The notes under the pieces are model-generated. The model ran no database searches. It was not told the DNA's origin and was given only the letters and a program-made list of their open reading frames with translations. Positions 1-10,373 of a stretch of 35,306 nt of DNA are shown here, one piece after another (positions within the stretch are counted from its first letter, which is position 1; each line of letters opens with the position of its first letter). Position numbers and translations under genes: made by a program. Source of the stretch: a virus (lineage: Duplodnaviria; Heunggongvirae; Uroviricota; Caudoviricetes); IMG/VR virus record IMGVR_UViG_2541046997_000001, positions 1 to 35,306 of that record. The stretch is one strand, 5' to 3'.

Positions 1-30
1 TAAAACCGCACTTATTACTGCATATAGTTT

Positions 31-387
31 TTATCTCATTACTACTTTTTGTTGTAAATTTTCTAGCATACTGGTTAATTCTTGAACTGTTTTTTCTAAA
101 ACAGCAACACGGTCATCCACTTGTAGTTTTTCAAAGCAAACAGTAATTACATCAAAATTTTTATCTGTCTGATTCTCTAATATGATATTTTTTAATTTCA
201 TTTCAACCGTATATGAAATAGTTTTATTTTCATCTATAATTGAAAATTTATTTAAAACCTTATCTGCAAAATAATTTTTAATCGTTTCATATGTATACTT
301 ATCAAAAGTAAAGACACATGTATTCTCTTCTATATAACTAATATTTAATTCTAAATTTTCTTTTTCACCTATTTTTAAATACTGCAT
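31..387 (-). CDS. Hypothetical phage protein downstream of the receptor-binding gene, with a C-terminal coiled coil
   Basis: ORF 31..435. Start moved to the ATG at 387, which has GGAG 9 nt upstream. No recognisable motif. Confidence 0.6.
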   Translation of the reverse strand: MQYLKIGEKENLELNISYIEENTCVFTFDKYTYETIKNYFADKVLNKFSIIDENKTISYTVEMKLKNIILENQTDKNFDVITVCFEKLQVDDRVAVLEKTVQELTSMLENLQQKVVMR

Positions 388-407
388 AATCATAATCTCC
401 ATTTCTA

Positions 408-2924
408 TTAAGCTGTTCGTCTCCACATATAGCATGTGACGTATGGTTGCAAATTTGTTACTTGCGTATCGGCAGTTAAACCAGAAACCGTTGTGGCATG
501 ATTTACACGACTAGCTGGTATGTTAGTCTTTAAATTTCCATGACTAAAGGCGAAATCATACAATACACCGCTCTTATTAGTCGCATCATAACCAATAGAA
601 GTTGAATCATTGTCAACAGCACCAATATTGGCAACTAACGAACCTCTTGTATGATGATGAGAAACTGTTTTGCTACCGCCTGTTTTATTTGATGAATTGA
701 ACTCTGCTTGATTTGTATCTACACCAACCGGAACTCTTCCAGAACCCCATGATTGCCATGTGCCTCCAAATGTATCACCGGGATTACTGTTGCTAGTAGT
801 CATAACAATAGATCCAACTGGATGCATAAGCAAATACAAGCTTTTAACAGCATTGCTTAAAACTGTAAATGAATTATTTGAATTAAACCTTGACCCCCAC
901 GGTTTCCATGCTTTTGAGCCAACACTCTCAAAATACCTTTCAAATCCTCCACCAAAATATTCATAGATTATTTGTTTAGGATAATCATTACCGGTTCCAT
1001 ACTTTACTTCCATTGTAAATGCATAATTAGTCGGGCAATTTTTCAGTGTCTTAACTGTTGTATTCATTGGGCAGTAATAATTACCTATCGTCTTGTAATT
1101 ATTCAAATCCGCACCAGCCGGAATCTCTATTCCACCATCCGAAGCATCAAGAGAAGCACGTTTATCAATTTGCTCCATAACATATCTACCTTTAGACTTA
1201 ATATCTTTCTGTACTAACAGATTAGCTTTTGTGTCCTTCACGTTTCTTTCGTCAGGTGTTACCCCCATAAGAATATTACCGTTATCCATAATATTCATTG
1301 CAGATACACCTTGGTTTGCATTAGGAGTAATTATATAAGACGTCACTTCATCTGAAATCTTAAATTCAAAGGTATATGTTTTATTAATATCTAATGTTAA
1401 AAATTGTGGTTCATTGATAGTAATAACAAAATCTTCACCAGATTCAGATGTTGTGTAATTATTTAGTTGTGTATAAGTTTCTGGAAATGGTTTGCCAGAT
1501 TCAGCATATCTATATTCCAGATTTTGTATACTATTTTTATTTGCTCCTGCAATATTAATTTTTGAAATTAATGATGTAAGTTTTAAAGATGTTTCCGCTT
1601 CAAATCCATTCAAACGATCAATACTAGCAGAAATAGCTGGAGTGTGATATGGGTATACGACGAAAGTTTTAGAAACCACTGCACTTGCATTACCACGACT
1701 ATCTACAGCATCGATTCGAATGGTATATGTCCCCGCTGATTGTAAACTACCTATGTCCACATTTATATCGCTCAAAGAGTAATTCGATTTTTTGGATACT
1801 ACTGTATTACCCGAACTTACAACAATATTGTAATATTTCATTGTTGCGCTATTTTTGGCAACTGCTTTATTTGCACTTGTGATTGTAATTCTTAAATTTC
1901 CAAAAAGAGAAATCATATTTTGTGCATTCCCGACCATACTTACTGTTTTGGAATCTGTATTTTGAAAGGTAAAGTTAGAAAACGCAGGATTACTATTTGT
2001 TACTTTTGCAGTGCCTGAAACAGTATTTGTATATTCCTTTCCGTTCAAAGAAACTCCACATATAACTTTAATTTTTAATGAATTGGAGTTAGGGCACAAG
2101 GAATAAAGGGTAGAAGAGTAGCTTGATAAATTCCACGAATATGATGAAGCTTGGATATTGGATACAGTAGATATTTGTTGCCAATTCCCATCTATTTTCT
2201 GAGCGTAAAATCTCAAAAATGACTTATTATTTCCATAGTTAGAAAAGGAGAGAGATAAACTGCCACCAATATTCATACTTAATGATGAATTAGAAATTCG
2301 TGCAATTGATTTCGTAGTAAAAGAAATACTATTCGATGTAGTATATAATCCGGAATCGGCTCTTCTGACTTTGATTTTGATATTATAGTTTGTTCCTGGA
2401 GACAAACCAGATATGGAAAATGTGCTCCCTGATGCATTACTCCACGTTGATCCGTTGTTTAAAGAATATTGCAGCACGTCACATTTTGAATCTGCTGTCC
2501 AATAGAATGTTGCATTATTTACCGTTGTCGCTGTATTTTTAAAACTTGTAATATTAGCATATCGTGGAATTTTTGTTAATGTGGCACTTCCACTTGCGCC
2601 TAAATCAGACGGGGAGATACCCGTATAATAATAACCATCAAAACCTATGTGCTTACTACCATCTCCGTTATGTGCAACTGTAAATGTGTGGCTGCCAACA
2701 GTCCACCATTGATTTTGTGGGTGGTATGCCCAATCAAATGTAAAATATTTATTACCTGTACTTTGACCATCACAATTAATTCTCCAATATGCATTTCCTT
2801 GATAGTTATATCCGATCATAGCATAATCAGTTCTTCTGATTTGAAAAGTAACAGTCACATTAGAACTATTTGCAACAGAACCATTAGAAGTATGACTCTG
2901 TATAACTCTTGCCTCATAAGGCAT
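408..2924 (-). CDS. Minor tail / receptor-binding protein: siphovirus DUF859-like N-terminus, FN3 domain, knob-like repeat and gp10-like baseplate C-terminus
   Basis: 838-aa ORF with GGAGGTG RBS. Motifs: 'VAHNGDGSK..GSATLTKIPR', FN3-like 'ISGLSPGTNYNIKIKVR', 'ADLNNYKTIGNYYC', and 'HPVGSIVMTTSNSNPGDTFGGTW..NLQPYVTCYMWRRTA'. Confidence 0.8.
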   Translation of the reverse strand: MPYEARVIQSHTSNGSVANSSNVTVTFQIRRTDYAMIGYNYQGNAYWRINCDGQSTGNKYFTFDWAYHPQNQWWTVGSHTFTVAHNGDGSKHIGFDGYYYTGISPSDLGASGSATLTKIPRYANITSFKNTATTVNNATFYWTADSKCDVLQYSLNNGSTWSNASGSTFSISGLSPGTNYNIKIKVRRADSGLYTTSNSISFTTKSIARISNSSLSMNIGGSLSLSFSNYGNNKSFLRFYAQKIDGNWQQISTVSNIQASSYSWNLSSYSSTLYSLCPNSNSLKIKVICGVSLNGKEYTNTVSGTAKVTNSNPAFSNFTFQNTDSKTVSMVGNAQNMISLFGNLRITITSANKAVAKNSATMKYYNIVVSSGNTVVSKKSNYSLSDINVDIGSLQSAGTYTIRIDAVDSRGNASAVVSKTFVVYPYHTPAISASIDRLNGFEAETSLKLTSLISKINIAGANKNSIQNLEYRYAESGKPFPETYTQLNNYTTSESGEDFVITINEPQFLTLDINKTYTFEFKISDEVTSYIITPNANQGVSAMNIMDNGNILMGVTPDERNVKDTKANLLVQKDIKSKGRYVMEQIDKRASLDASDGGIEIPAGADLNNYKTIGNYYCPMNTTVKTLKNCPTNYAFTMEVKYGTGNDYPKQIIYEYFGGGFERYFESVGSKAWKPWGSRFNSNNSFTVLSNAVKSLYLLMHPVGSIVMTTSNSNPGDTFGGTWQSWGSGRVPVGVDTNQAEFNSSNKTGGSKTVSHHHTRGSLVANIGAVDNDSTSIGYDATNKSGVLYDFAFSHGNLKTNIPASRVNHATTVSGLTADTQVTNLQPYVTCYMWRRTA

Positions 2925-2995
2925 TAAATCACCTCCAAATTAAAAAAGAACTGATACGCTATCAGTCCATTTTCGTTTAATAATTATATTTAGTT

Positions 2996-4621
2996 TTAAG
3001 AATTTCCACCTGATTTAACAAATGCCAACCCTTTGACACCCATAGAAGAATAGTCAACGGGAACTATTTTCAAACTCATAAAATCACAACCTCGTTCCGC
3101 CATCAATCGTTTAGTGCGAACCATGTCTTCGTCCAAAGAAAACACTTTTACCCAGTCTTGTCCATTGTTGTAGTATCCACCAAACTCATTGCCTGTGATA
3201 ACTGTTTTATATCCCTTGTCTTCTAAACGAGTTACAGATAATCCATCTCCATTTATATTAATTGCCGTTTCTTGTTCTGGAATCCCTTCTCCTTTAACTC
3301 CAATAGAAGAGAATATGAACTTCCATCCATTCGCATCTTGAATTTCTTGTGATTGTTTTACCACATCGCCTTCAAGTTTTGTAACTGTTGATTTGATAGA
3401 CTCTAAAGCAACCTCTAAAGCAGACTGATTTGCTGAAATTTGATTTTCTATATCAGGTAGCATATTACCTACAATATCAGTAACGTCTTTTTCTGTATCA
3501 CTAACACGCAGCTCAACTTCATTTTGCTTTACTGCCATTTCAGAAATTTTACCTTCAGCATTAGCAACAGATGCCGATACTTTATTTATATCAATATCAA
3601 TTTTTGCGAGCTGCTCTGTAAGATAATCAGAGTCGTTTACATAATGTATCTTTCCGTTTGCAGATTCTTTATAAGTACCTTGCAATTTACTGTCATAGAG
3701 TGTATACCAAGACTGACCGTCTTCTGACACTTCTACTTTGCTATTAAAATATTTCTCCGATGAGTAATCATGCCAAATTTGTATGTAATCAATATCCTTA
3801 CGTATCTTTCCTAGATCTAACTGCAAATAATGATTGCCGGTAGAAGTGGTGGTGTATTGATTATCCGTTAATAAACCATCTGTATAATAGGAAGGATTTG
3901 TTATATCGACATCAGATGTAGGCATAATATTCAACGCAATATTATCTACACCTACGATTACTTTACATTCCATCCATTTGTTTTCTGAGTCTACATTATT
4001 CCCATCCAACCAGTCACGAATATACCGTACGGAATGTAGTGGCACATCTTTTTTCTTGTAAACGCCTAATTCTATTTCATCTACTTTTTGATTTATTTCT
4101 GAAAATTTTCCTTCTTGATTCTCAACCTTTGTGTTAATAGTATCGACAGTTAATGAAAGCTTTGATAATTCTCCCTGAAGATTTCCAACTGCCAAATCTA
4201 TTCGTTCTGCCGTTTGTTTTATTTCTGATTTTAATCCTATAATATCTTCTACATTATCTTCTGGGGCAGGAGTCCAGGATGTATCAACTGATCCTCTTGA
4301 TAAATAAGCTTCATAAAAATATGTAGTGCTATTTGTAGGAGGTGTAATATCTATTTTTGTATCTGACAAATCATTCACAGATATGGTTTTGATATATTTT
4401 GTCCATTGAGAACTGGAAGATACTGTTTGTACATCTCCGAATACAGTAAATTGAATATCACAAGGTGTATCTGTTCTATGCCAAATAACAAATATATATG
4501 TATCGCTTTCATTTATTAAGTTTGGCAATCTATAACTGTCAGTCGACTCAATTACAATTTTAAGAACAGAATCTTCAATACCATATGGATTTTTTAATTT
4601 TACTTCTTCAAAACTAGACAT
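2996..4621 (-). CDS. Minor tail protein with coiled coils and an F5/8 (discoidin)-like carbohydrate-binding domain
   Basis: 541-aa ORF with AGGAGG RBS. Contains 'WTPAPED', heptad repeats and 'YLQLDLGKIRKDIDYIQIWHDY..KVEVSEDGQSW'. Confidence 0.7.
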   Translation of the reverse strand: MSSFEEVKLKNPYGIEDSVLKIVIESTDSYRLPNLINESDTYIFVIWHRTDTPCDIQFTVFGDVQTVSSSSQWTKYIKTISVNDLSDTKIDITPPTNSTTYFYEAYLSRGSVDTSWTPAPEDNVEDIIGLKSEIKQTAERIDLAVGNLQGELSKLSLTVDTINTKVENQEGKFSEINQKVDEIELGVYKKKDVPLHSVRYIRDWLDGNNVDSENKWMECKVIVGVDNIALNIMPTSDVDITNPSYYTDGLLTDNQYTTTSTGNHYLQLDLGKIRKDIDYIQIWHDYSSEKYFNSKVEVSEDGQSWYTLYDSKLQGTYKESANGKIHYVNDSDYLTEQLAKIDIDINKVSASVANAEGKISEMAVKQNEVELRVSDTEKDVTDIVGNMLPDIENQISANQSALEVALESIKSTVTKLEGDVVKQSQEIQDANGWKFIFSSIGVKGEGIPEQETAININGDGLSVTRLEDKGYKTVITGNEFGGYYNNGQDWVKVFSLDEDMVRTKRLMAERGCDFMSLKIVPVDYSSMGVKGLAFVKSGGNS

Positions 4622-4634
4622 GTAACACCTCCTT

Positions 4635-5003
4635 TTATTTTAATTTTTGATTTCCTATATAAACAGCATTAACTTTTGTATTTCCGATGTAAATTTCAGA
4701 AATTAGATTTGTTCCAATATATACATTGCTTTGCACAGGAGAAGTAGATTCTGATTTCCATGCAGCATAAAGAGTGATGGAAGTGCTGCTTAAAATTATT
4801 TGATATTCTGGTGTATTATCTCTGGCTGTTGACCATCCTAAGAATTTATATCCATTTTTCTGTGGCTTAGTATATGGAATATAAACAGAACTATTGAGAT
4901 CTCCCGTTATATTTGAGGGAGCACCGGTTCCTCCGGTTGCATCAAAAGTAATTGTACATGTTGCAGCACGGCTAAATTTATTTTTCTTATTCAATACAAT
5001 CAC
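4635..5003 (-). CDS. Small protein with a Listeria-Bacteroides (InlB B) repeat
   Basis: 'TITFDATGGTGAP..PQKNGYKFLGWST..ITLYAAWK' matches the B-repeat consensus. Confidence 0.75.
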   Translation of the reverse strand: MIVLNKKNKFSRAATCTITFDATGGTGAPSNITGDLNSSVYIPYTKPQKNGYKFLGWSTARDNTPEYQIILSSTSITLYAAWKSESTSPVQSNVYIGTNLISEIYIGNTKVNAVYIGNQKLK

Positions 5004-5380
5004 CCCACAATAAAATAAACCGTGTTAGAATCTTTGTTTTCACGGTCGTATTCGTCTTTTGTCATCATTTTAAATTTAAAAGGAATATCTATTTTCGATG
5101 GATAATTAGAAGAGGCATCAGTCTTTTTGAGATATGTAGATTCTGCAACAGATGACTGAAGAAAGTTTTTGTTTGTTACATTTTGCTTAATAGCGTCGCT
5201 GATAGCAGTATTCATTTGTTGCTCTGTAGCTCCATTTTGTGTTCCACCACCTCCACTATCTTGTGGGATTAATTTAGAAACTTTAATTTGCCGCACAGTT
5301 TTATTTTTTATTAATACAACACTATCAGTATCACTTGCTAAAGTTACTTCATCAACATCTGTTAATTTTTTATTTGCCAT
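5000..5380 (-). CDS. Small tail-associated protein
   Basis: ORF within the tail operon. Start probably at MANKKLTD (5380), downstream of GAGGTG. The C-terminus 'MTKDEYDRENKDSNTVYFIVG' resembles upper-tail-fibre ends. Confidence 0.55.
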   Translation of the reverse strand: MANKKLTDVDEVTLASDTDSVVLIKNKTVRQIKVSKLIPQDSGGGGTQNGATEQQMNTAISDAIKQNVTNKNFLQSSVAESTYLKKTDASSNYPSKIDIPFKFKMMTKDEYDRENKDSNTVYFIVG

Positions 5381-5406
5381 TTTATTCACCTCACTAATAA
5401 TTGAAT

Positions 5407-7821
5407 CTATTTCCGTTTTTCATCTGTTAGAACATTTCCATTCTCATCGGAGATATAAATAATGTTATCTGTATTTACAAATCCATAAGATGCGTAAATT
5501 AATGTTTTCGAATTTCTAATTAAGTTTCTAACTCCAATATCTACTGAATCAGAAATAACAGTTACCGTGTGAATATCTAAAAGCTCTTTTTGAGTAGGGT
5601 CTTTGTATAAAGCACATTGAATTTTTTGCACCTTTCCAGAAGTAGGAGAGTAGTCTTTTGAAGACTCATTCACTTGAGAAATATATTGTGTTATATATGT
5701 ACTTCCATCAATAGATTCTGAAATTTTATAAATTCCTTTAAATGGCAACTGAGAAGAAGAACCGTTTCTATAATAAGATGAAAATGTCACTTTGGATGGA
5801 TTAAATGTCGTGTCTGAAATCTTTTTTATAATTGAATCTGAAGCCTGAAGAGTGTAAACAACCGCATCTTCACCAACTACATCTTTTCTTTTTGATAAAG
5901 CAAATCTTTTGGTAGATTTTTTGATCTCTGTTTTTCCATTAATTTCAACATTATATGTAGCCGTAATATCTACATATCCAGTGTCTGTACTCATATTCGA
6001 AACGCTATATGTATAGGTTTTAGAATTCCAAGAACCTGTAACTCCATTGGAGGTAGCTTTCTCAAATATACAAGATGATGTTACCGTTTCAGAACCGAAA
6101 ACTGCAGTAACAGTAGTTTCACATCCAGAATAATTACCGTTATCTCCATTTTTATCCGTAGGTATAGTATGATCATCATTTGTAAGAGAAATAGCAAAGG
6201 TTGAGTTCTTTTTAAGAGCTTCGTCTAAATCTGATTTTTTAGCATAATTTTCTTCTACAGTTTGCTGGAACCCTTCTGATGTTTGTTTAAACTCTGTAAA
6301 CTTTTCACTTAACTCTTGTACAGTAGACCCGTCTGCTTTTTTACTTAATGTTGTCTGTACATCTTGAACAGTTCCAGAAATGCCTTCTACACTGATGTTT
6401 AAATCAGAAACCTGATCACGAATTCCCTGAATTCTGTCCTTGTCATAATTATCAATTGCATCTGTAAGTTCAGTTTTAGAAACCTTGAGATCTATTTCTT
6501 TTTTTATGTTATCTACTTTTGCTCCTAATTCTGTTACAGTAGTAGTAATAACTGACATTCCTTCATTAATATCTTCTGGTGCAGGTTTCCAATCAGTTAC
6601 AACGGTTCCGCGTTCAATTTGTAGATTTTTAAATATATAATAGGTGTTTGGTTTTGAATTCATTCCATACAAATATAGAATTTGGGAAGATAAATCGTGA
6701 AGAACTTTTTTAGTTGTCGCTTGATAAACACATTTATTCCAAACATCCTTTTTAATTTCATTTTGTAATACGATATATTTATCACACATTTCTCCAGAGT
6801 TATCTTTATTTCTAAAATAAGCACCCATAACGGTATCTACGTTCGATTTGACTTCGAACGATATGGTGTATGTTTCGTTTGGCTTATACTTTGAAGGAAT
6901 GAATTTATTATATGAAATAAATGACCATCCTATCTGTTGCTCTGATCCTCTGATTAATTTTGCACAATTAATTTTATTGTCTACTATCGATTCAGAAGTA
7001 TAATCACCGGATTCCATTTCCCATCGCCAGTTTCTATCTCCTTGATTTGTCCCTTCAACTAAGTTTACGCCGCCAGTATTTATATTACTTCCGTCATTTA
7101 ATACAGTTACTGTTTGAAAATCTAATGATTTTGTAACACCTCCGCTTGCATATAAAGTACATTTAATAGATGATAAATCTTTTGATGATGGTATATATAC
7201 AGTTGAAGCTTCATCATTTTGAGAAATATATCTTGATTCGTATTGTATACCATTATTACTTTCTTCTATAATAAAGCGTCCATTGTATTTTGTTAGCGAC
7301 GCTGAATTTCCATCTTTATAAAAAGCAGAAAATGTAATTGAATTTGGATTAAAATCTTTTCCATTAGTTTTTTTTAAAATTAATGTAGACGCTTGCAATA
7401 TATAGATTCTTGCAGAACCAGTTGCTCCATCTTTTGTCTTTGACCACGTAAAAACTTTGACAATTTCTCTTTCTTTGATTGTAAATGTAAGTAGTATCTG
7501 ACCAGATACAGTTTGATCACTTCCTAAATTACTTCCTTTTGCAACGTTTAAAATTATACGACCATCTTTTTTATCGGTTGCATTTTCGTTTGATCCAAGC
7601 GTAATACCTGATGGCAATATTCCTACAGAAACACTACAAGGAGATTTTTCAAATCCAATATATCCTGCAAATGGAATCTCAATTAAAAAATTATCTATGA
7701 CTTTTCCGTCTGATGTACACGGTATATTCTGGTTTTCATTTGCAATAGAAATATTTAAAGATGGTTCACCCGGTTTGCCATCAGAAACACAGGTTATTGT
7801 AATTTGTCCATAAGCTTTCAT
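5407..7821 (-). CDS. Minor tail protein with internal repeats and a carbohydrate-binding-like module
   Basis: Start MKAYGQITI at 7821 after AGGAGG. Repeated 'YTLQASD..FNPSKVTFS..IxES.DG' blocks. 'GGVNLV..LQIERGTVVTDWKPAPED' is typical of Firmicutes siphophage tails. Confidence 0.75.
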   Translation of the reverse strand: MKAYGQITITCVSDGKPGEPSLNISIANENQNIPCTSDGKVIDNFLIEIPFAGYIGFEKSPCSVSVGILPSGITLGSNENATDKKDGRIILNVAKGSNLGSDQTVSGQILLTFTIKEREIVKVFTWSKTKDGATGSARIYILQASTLILKKTNGKDFNPNSITFSAFYKDGNSASLTKYNGRFIIEESNNGIQYESRYISQNDEASTVYIPSSKDLSSIKCTLYASGGVTKSLDFQTVTVLNDGSNINTGGVNLVEGTNQGDRNWRWEMESGDYTSESIVDNKINCAKLIRGSEQQIGWSFISYNKFIPSKYKPNETYTISFEVKSNVDTVMGAYFRNKDNSGEMCDKYIVLQNEIKKDVWNKCVYQATTKKVLHDLSSQILYLYGMNSKPNTYYIFKNLQIERGTVVTDWKPAPEDINEGMSVITTTVTELGAKVDNIKKEIDLKVSKTELTDAIDNYDKDRIQGIRDQVSDLNISVEGISGTVQDVQTTLSKKADGSTVQELSEKFTEFKQTSEGFQQTVEENYAKKSDLDEALKKNSTFAISLTNDDHTIPTDKNGDNGNYSGCETTVTAVFGSETVTSSCIFEKATSNGVTGSWNSKTYTYSVSNMSTDTGYVDITATYNVEINGKTEIKKSTKRFALSKRKDVVGEDAVVYTLQASDSIIKKISDTTFNPSKVTFSSYYRNGSSSQLPFKGIYKISESIDGSTYITQYISQVNESSKDYSPTSGKVQKIQCALYKDPTQKELLDIHTVTVISDSVDIGVRNLIRNSKTLIYASYGFVNTDNIIYISDENGNVLTDEKRK

Positions 7822-7877
7822 GGAAACCTCCTTTATAAAATAGGAGAGCAGCATTACACCTGCCCTCCATTAATATG

Positions 7878-10358
7878 TTAAATATTAATATCCGCTTCAC
7901 AATTAATTACTAAGTTTTTATTTACAATTTCCCTGTCTATAAAAATTACTTTTCCTTGTTTCCACGGAGCAGAAGTATCAAGTTCTACACCGTTAGATCT
8001 TCTATAATATTTATAAGTTCCTTTTGGTAGATCATCTCCGACAGCATCTTGCCAAATTGAACCATTATATTTCTTTAGGGTAACGGTTTTTGCAGCCTTA
8101 TCAATATGATAATAAAAATCTCCATTTTGTGCTGCTTTAGGGGCAGATGTAGAGAATACTGTCGTTTTAATTGGGTCAACTTCCTTTCCATTCAAATAAG
8201 CAAGCGCATATACTACTCCAAAAGAAGTTTCGTTAGTAAGCTGAGTTCCTACACTAGAAAGAACGACTAAATCAATAGGGTCATTTTTGTCTGTAACAGT
8301 CCAGTATGCTACGTACTGCTTTCCACCATAATTTGCGGTACATTTAAATGACGCTAATGATTCTACCATATCTGGAGTTACGGTTAATTTGTCCTTTGTT
8401 GCGCTTGGAATGTTTTGATAACTACCAGATGTAAATTTAGACCACTGATATGTGATACCATCTTTTACAATAGTAGAGCCGTCAGTGAGTTGTGTTTCAA
8501 GCACAACAGAATTTTTCCCGTTTATAATTACATCGCCCTGCGGTGCAAAGATTTGTAATAAAATAGAATTTGTTGCCTGAATACTCTTTGTCCACCCGAA
8601 TTTTCTTTCAATAGTAACGCCTTCGGATTTAAAACTTAAAGTGAAGTTGCCACTTAAATCAGATGCAGATCCAAGATTATTTCCTGCCGGAATATTAATT
8701 ACTAATAAACCATCTGCATTTACTGTACCAGCTGTATTAGTTCTTACTGTGACTCCTGATGGGAGACTGCCTGGAACACACGTTACGGCTACACGCTTAA
8801 TCCCTTTATATGCATAAAACGGAATATGAATTTCTTTTTGAACTTTAACAGTACCATTTGAATTACATGGGATAACTTCTGCATCATTGCTCATACCAAT
8901 GGAAATACCACCGTCACCATCATGTCCATTTTGACCATCACCGCCATCTCTAGTAATAACCACTGTTTGTGAATCCAATAATACTGTTGTTCCTCCAGAG
9001 GCATATAATTCACATTTAATGGCTCGAATTGATGTATTTGATGGTGTGTATGATTTACTAATCTCATCAACAGACGATGTGTATTTTACTGTTGCAAAAT
9101 TTAATCCATCATTGGATTCGTAAATCTTAAAACGTCCACTGTAAGTAGTAGATGTTGTTGCTGCTCCTATCTGTTTAGATGCAGAAAAAGTTACATTTGA
9201 TGGTGAAAAGGTATTTGTCTTGCTTAAATTCATAGACAGAGCTGACGCTTTTAGTGAATAGATTACAGCATCACTTCCGTCCATACCTGCCTTCTGTTTG
9301 ATAAGGGTAAATCTCTTCTTTAAAGTAGTGCTTAATTTTGTACAAGTGAATTCAACGTGACCAACATCAATATTGTTTTCCATTTTAGTTACTGTATATT
9401 TATGTCCTTCTAATTTACCAGTAACTCCTTCGCTAGGAACGGCGTCAATTGACCATTCAGAGGTCACATCCGTGCCTCCTTCAGAAACGCTAATTTCTGT
9501 TTCGGCTCCATTATAACCACCTTCGCCAATCACACCCTTAGAATTACATGGCAAAGTATGACTATCATTACTTAAAACAACGGCAACTGTACTATTACCT
9601 GCTGCACCATCTCTAATTTTGGTGATTGTATGTAAATCATAGACGGAAGAATCGTTCGTTACTAATTTAATAACAGCAACATCATTGTTAAATAAAATCG
9701 ACTCACTCGCTTTGACTTTAATAGTTGAGCCATTAATGCTTGGATTATTTGTTGTTGGCATAGCAACAAACTCTCCAGTAGCGCTTTTATATTGCCATTG
9801 CGTAACACTCACATTTGTTAATGATGCAGTTAATGAAATAGTGTCTGATCCAACAAGAGATTGACTTGTATTGTATAAAAATACTGATTCACCAAGAATA
9901 GAACAATATTTAGCCTCTGTTGCTTGTTTAGATAACGAGAATGACATTTGAGCCTGTGTTTCTAAAGTTGCGTTTGTATTTGGAACGGTATATTGAATAT
10001 TGGCAATATAAGTTAAAAGCCCACTTGAAATACTTCCTAAAAAATTTTGAGATACTTTTAATACTCCGTCTGAAACAATTTCTCCAGAGCCTAAATTTGC
10101 CGCCGGAGATGAACCTTCTTGTCGTTTCCAAGTCACTGTAAGACCTGTTTTCGGAAGCTGAAGTTGTTCATCGTTAAAATATATAATTGGTGTTAAAACC
10201 AAATTGTTTTTACTCCAATCTGGTGTATAAGTTGTTGTTTCGCTATTTGGATCTTCAATTACTGTCTGAGGCTGATTGCTTGTAAGATATACACTTAAAC
10301 GACCGACATCAGTGACATCCGTAATTGTGATAGATCCAAATACTTTTGCTTTTGCCAT
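7878..10358 (-). CDS. Minor tail / baseplate protein, sharing repeats with 5407..7821
   Basis: 826-aa ORF with AGGAGG RBS. Shares 'LSND.H.IP' and 'VIYSLKAS..FSPSNVTFS' repeats with the downstream gene. Confidence 0.75.
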   Translation of the reverse strand: MAKAKVFGSITITDVTDVGRLSVYLTSNQPQTVIEDPNSETTTYTPDWSKNNLVLTPIIYFNDEQLQLPKTGLTVTWKRQEGSSPAANLGSGEIVSDGVLKVSQNFLGSISSGLLTYIANIQYTVPNTNATLETQAQMSFSLSKQATEAKYCSILGESVFLYNTSQSLVGSDTISLTASLTNVSVTQWQYKSATGEFVAMPTTNNPSINGSTIKVKASESILFNNDVAVIKLVTNDSSVYDLHTITKIRDGAAGNSTVAVVLSNDSHTLPCNSKGVIGEGGYNGAETEISVSEGGTDVTSEWSIDAVPSEGVTGKLEGHKYTVTKMENNIDVGHVEFTCTKLSTTLKKRFTLIKQKAGMDGSDAVIYSLKASALSMNLSKTNTFSPSNVTFSASKQIGAATTSTTYSGRFKIYESNDGLNFATVKYTSSVDEISKSYTPSNTSIRAIKCELYASGGTTVLLDSQTVVITRDGGDGQNGHDGDGGISIGMSNDAEVIPCNSNGTVKVQKEIHIPFYAYKGIKRVAVTCVPGSLPSGVTVRTNTAGTVNADGLLVINIPAGNNLGSASDLSGNFTLSFKSEGVTIERKFGWTKSIQATNSILLQIFAPQGDVIINGKNSVVLETQLTDGSTIVKDGITYQWSKFTSGSYQNIPSATKDKLTVTPDMVESLASFKCTANYGGKQYVAYWTVTDKNDPIDLVVLSSVGTQLTNETSFGVVYALAYLNGKEVDPIKTTVFSTSAPKAAQNGDFYYHIDKAAKTVTLKKYNGSIWQDAVGDDLPKGTYKYYRRSNGVELDTSAPWKQGKVIFIDREIVNKNLVINCEADINI

Positions 10359-10373
10359 ATATATGTATCCTCC

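Noticed and set aside
408-2924. Diversity-generating retroelement target
   Set aside because: No reverse transcriptase or template/variable repeat pair is visible in the window.
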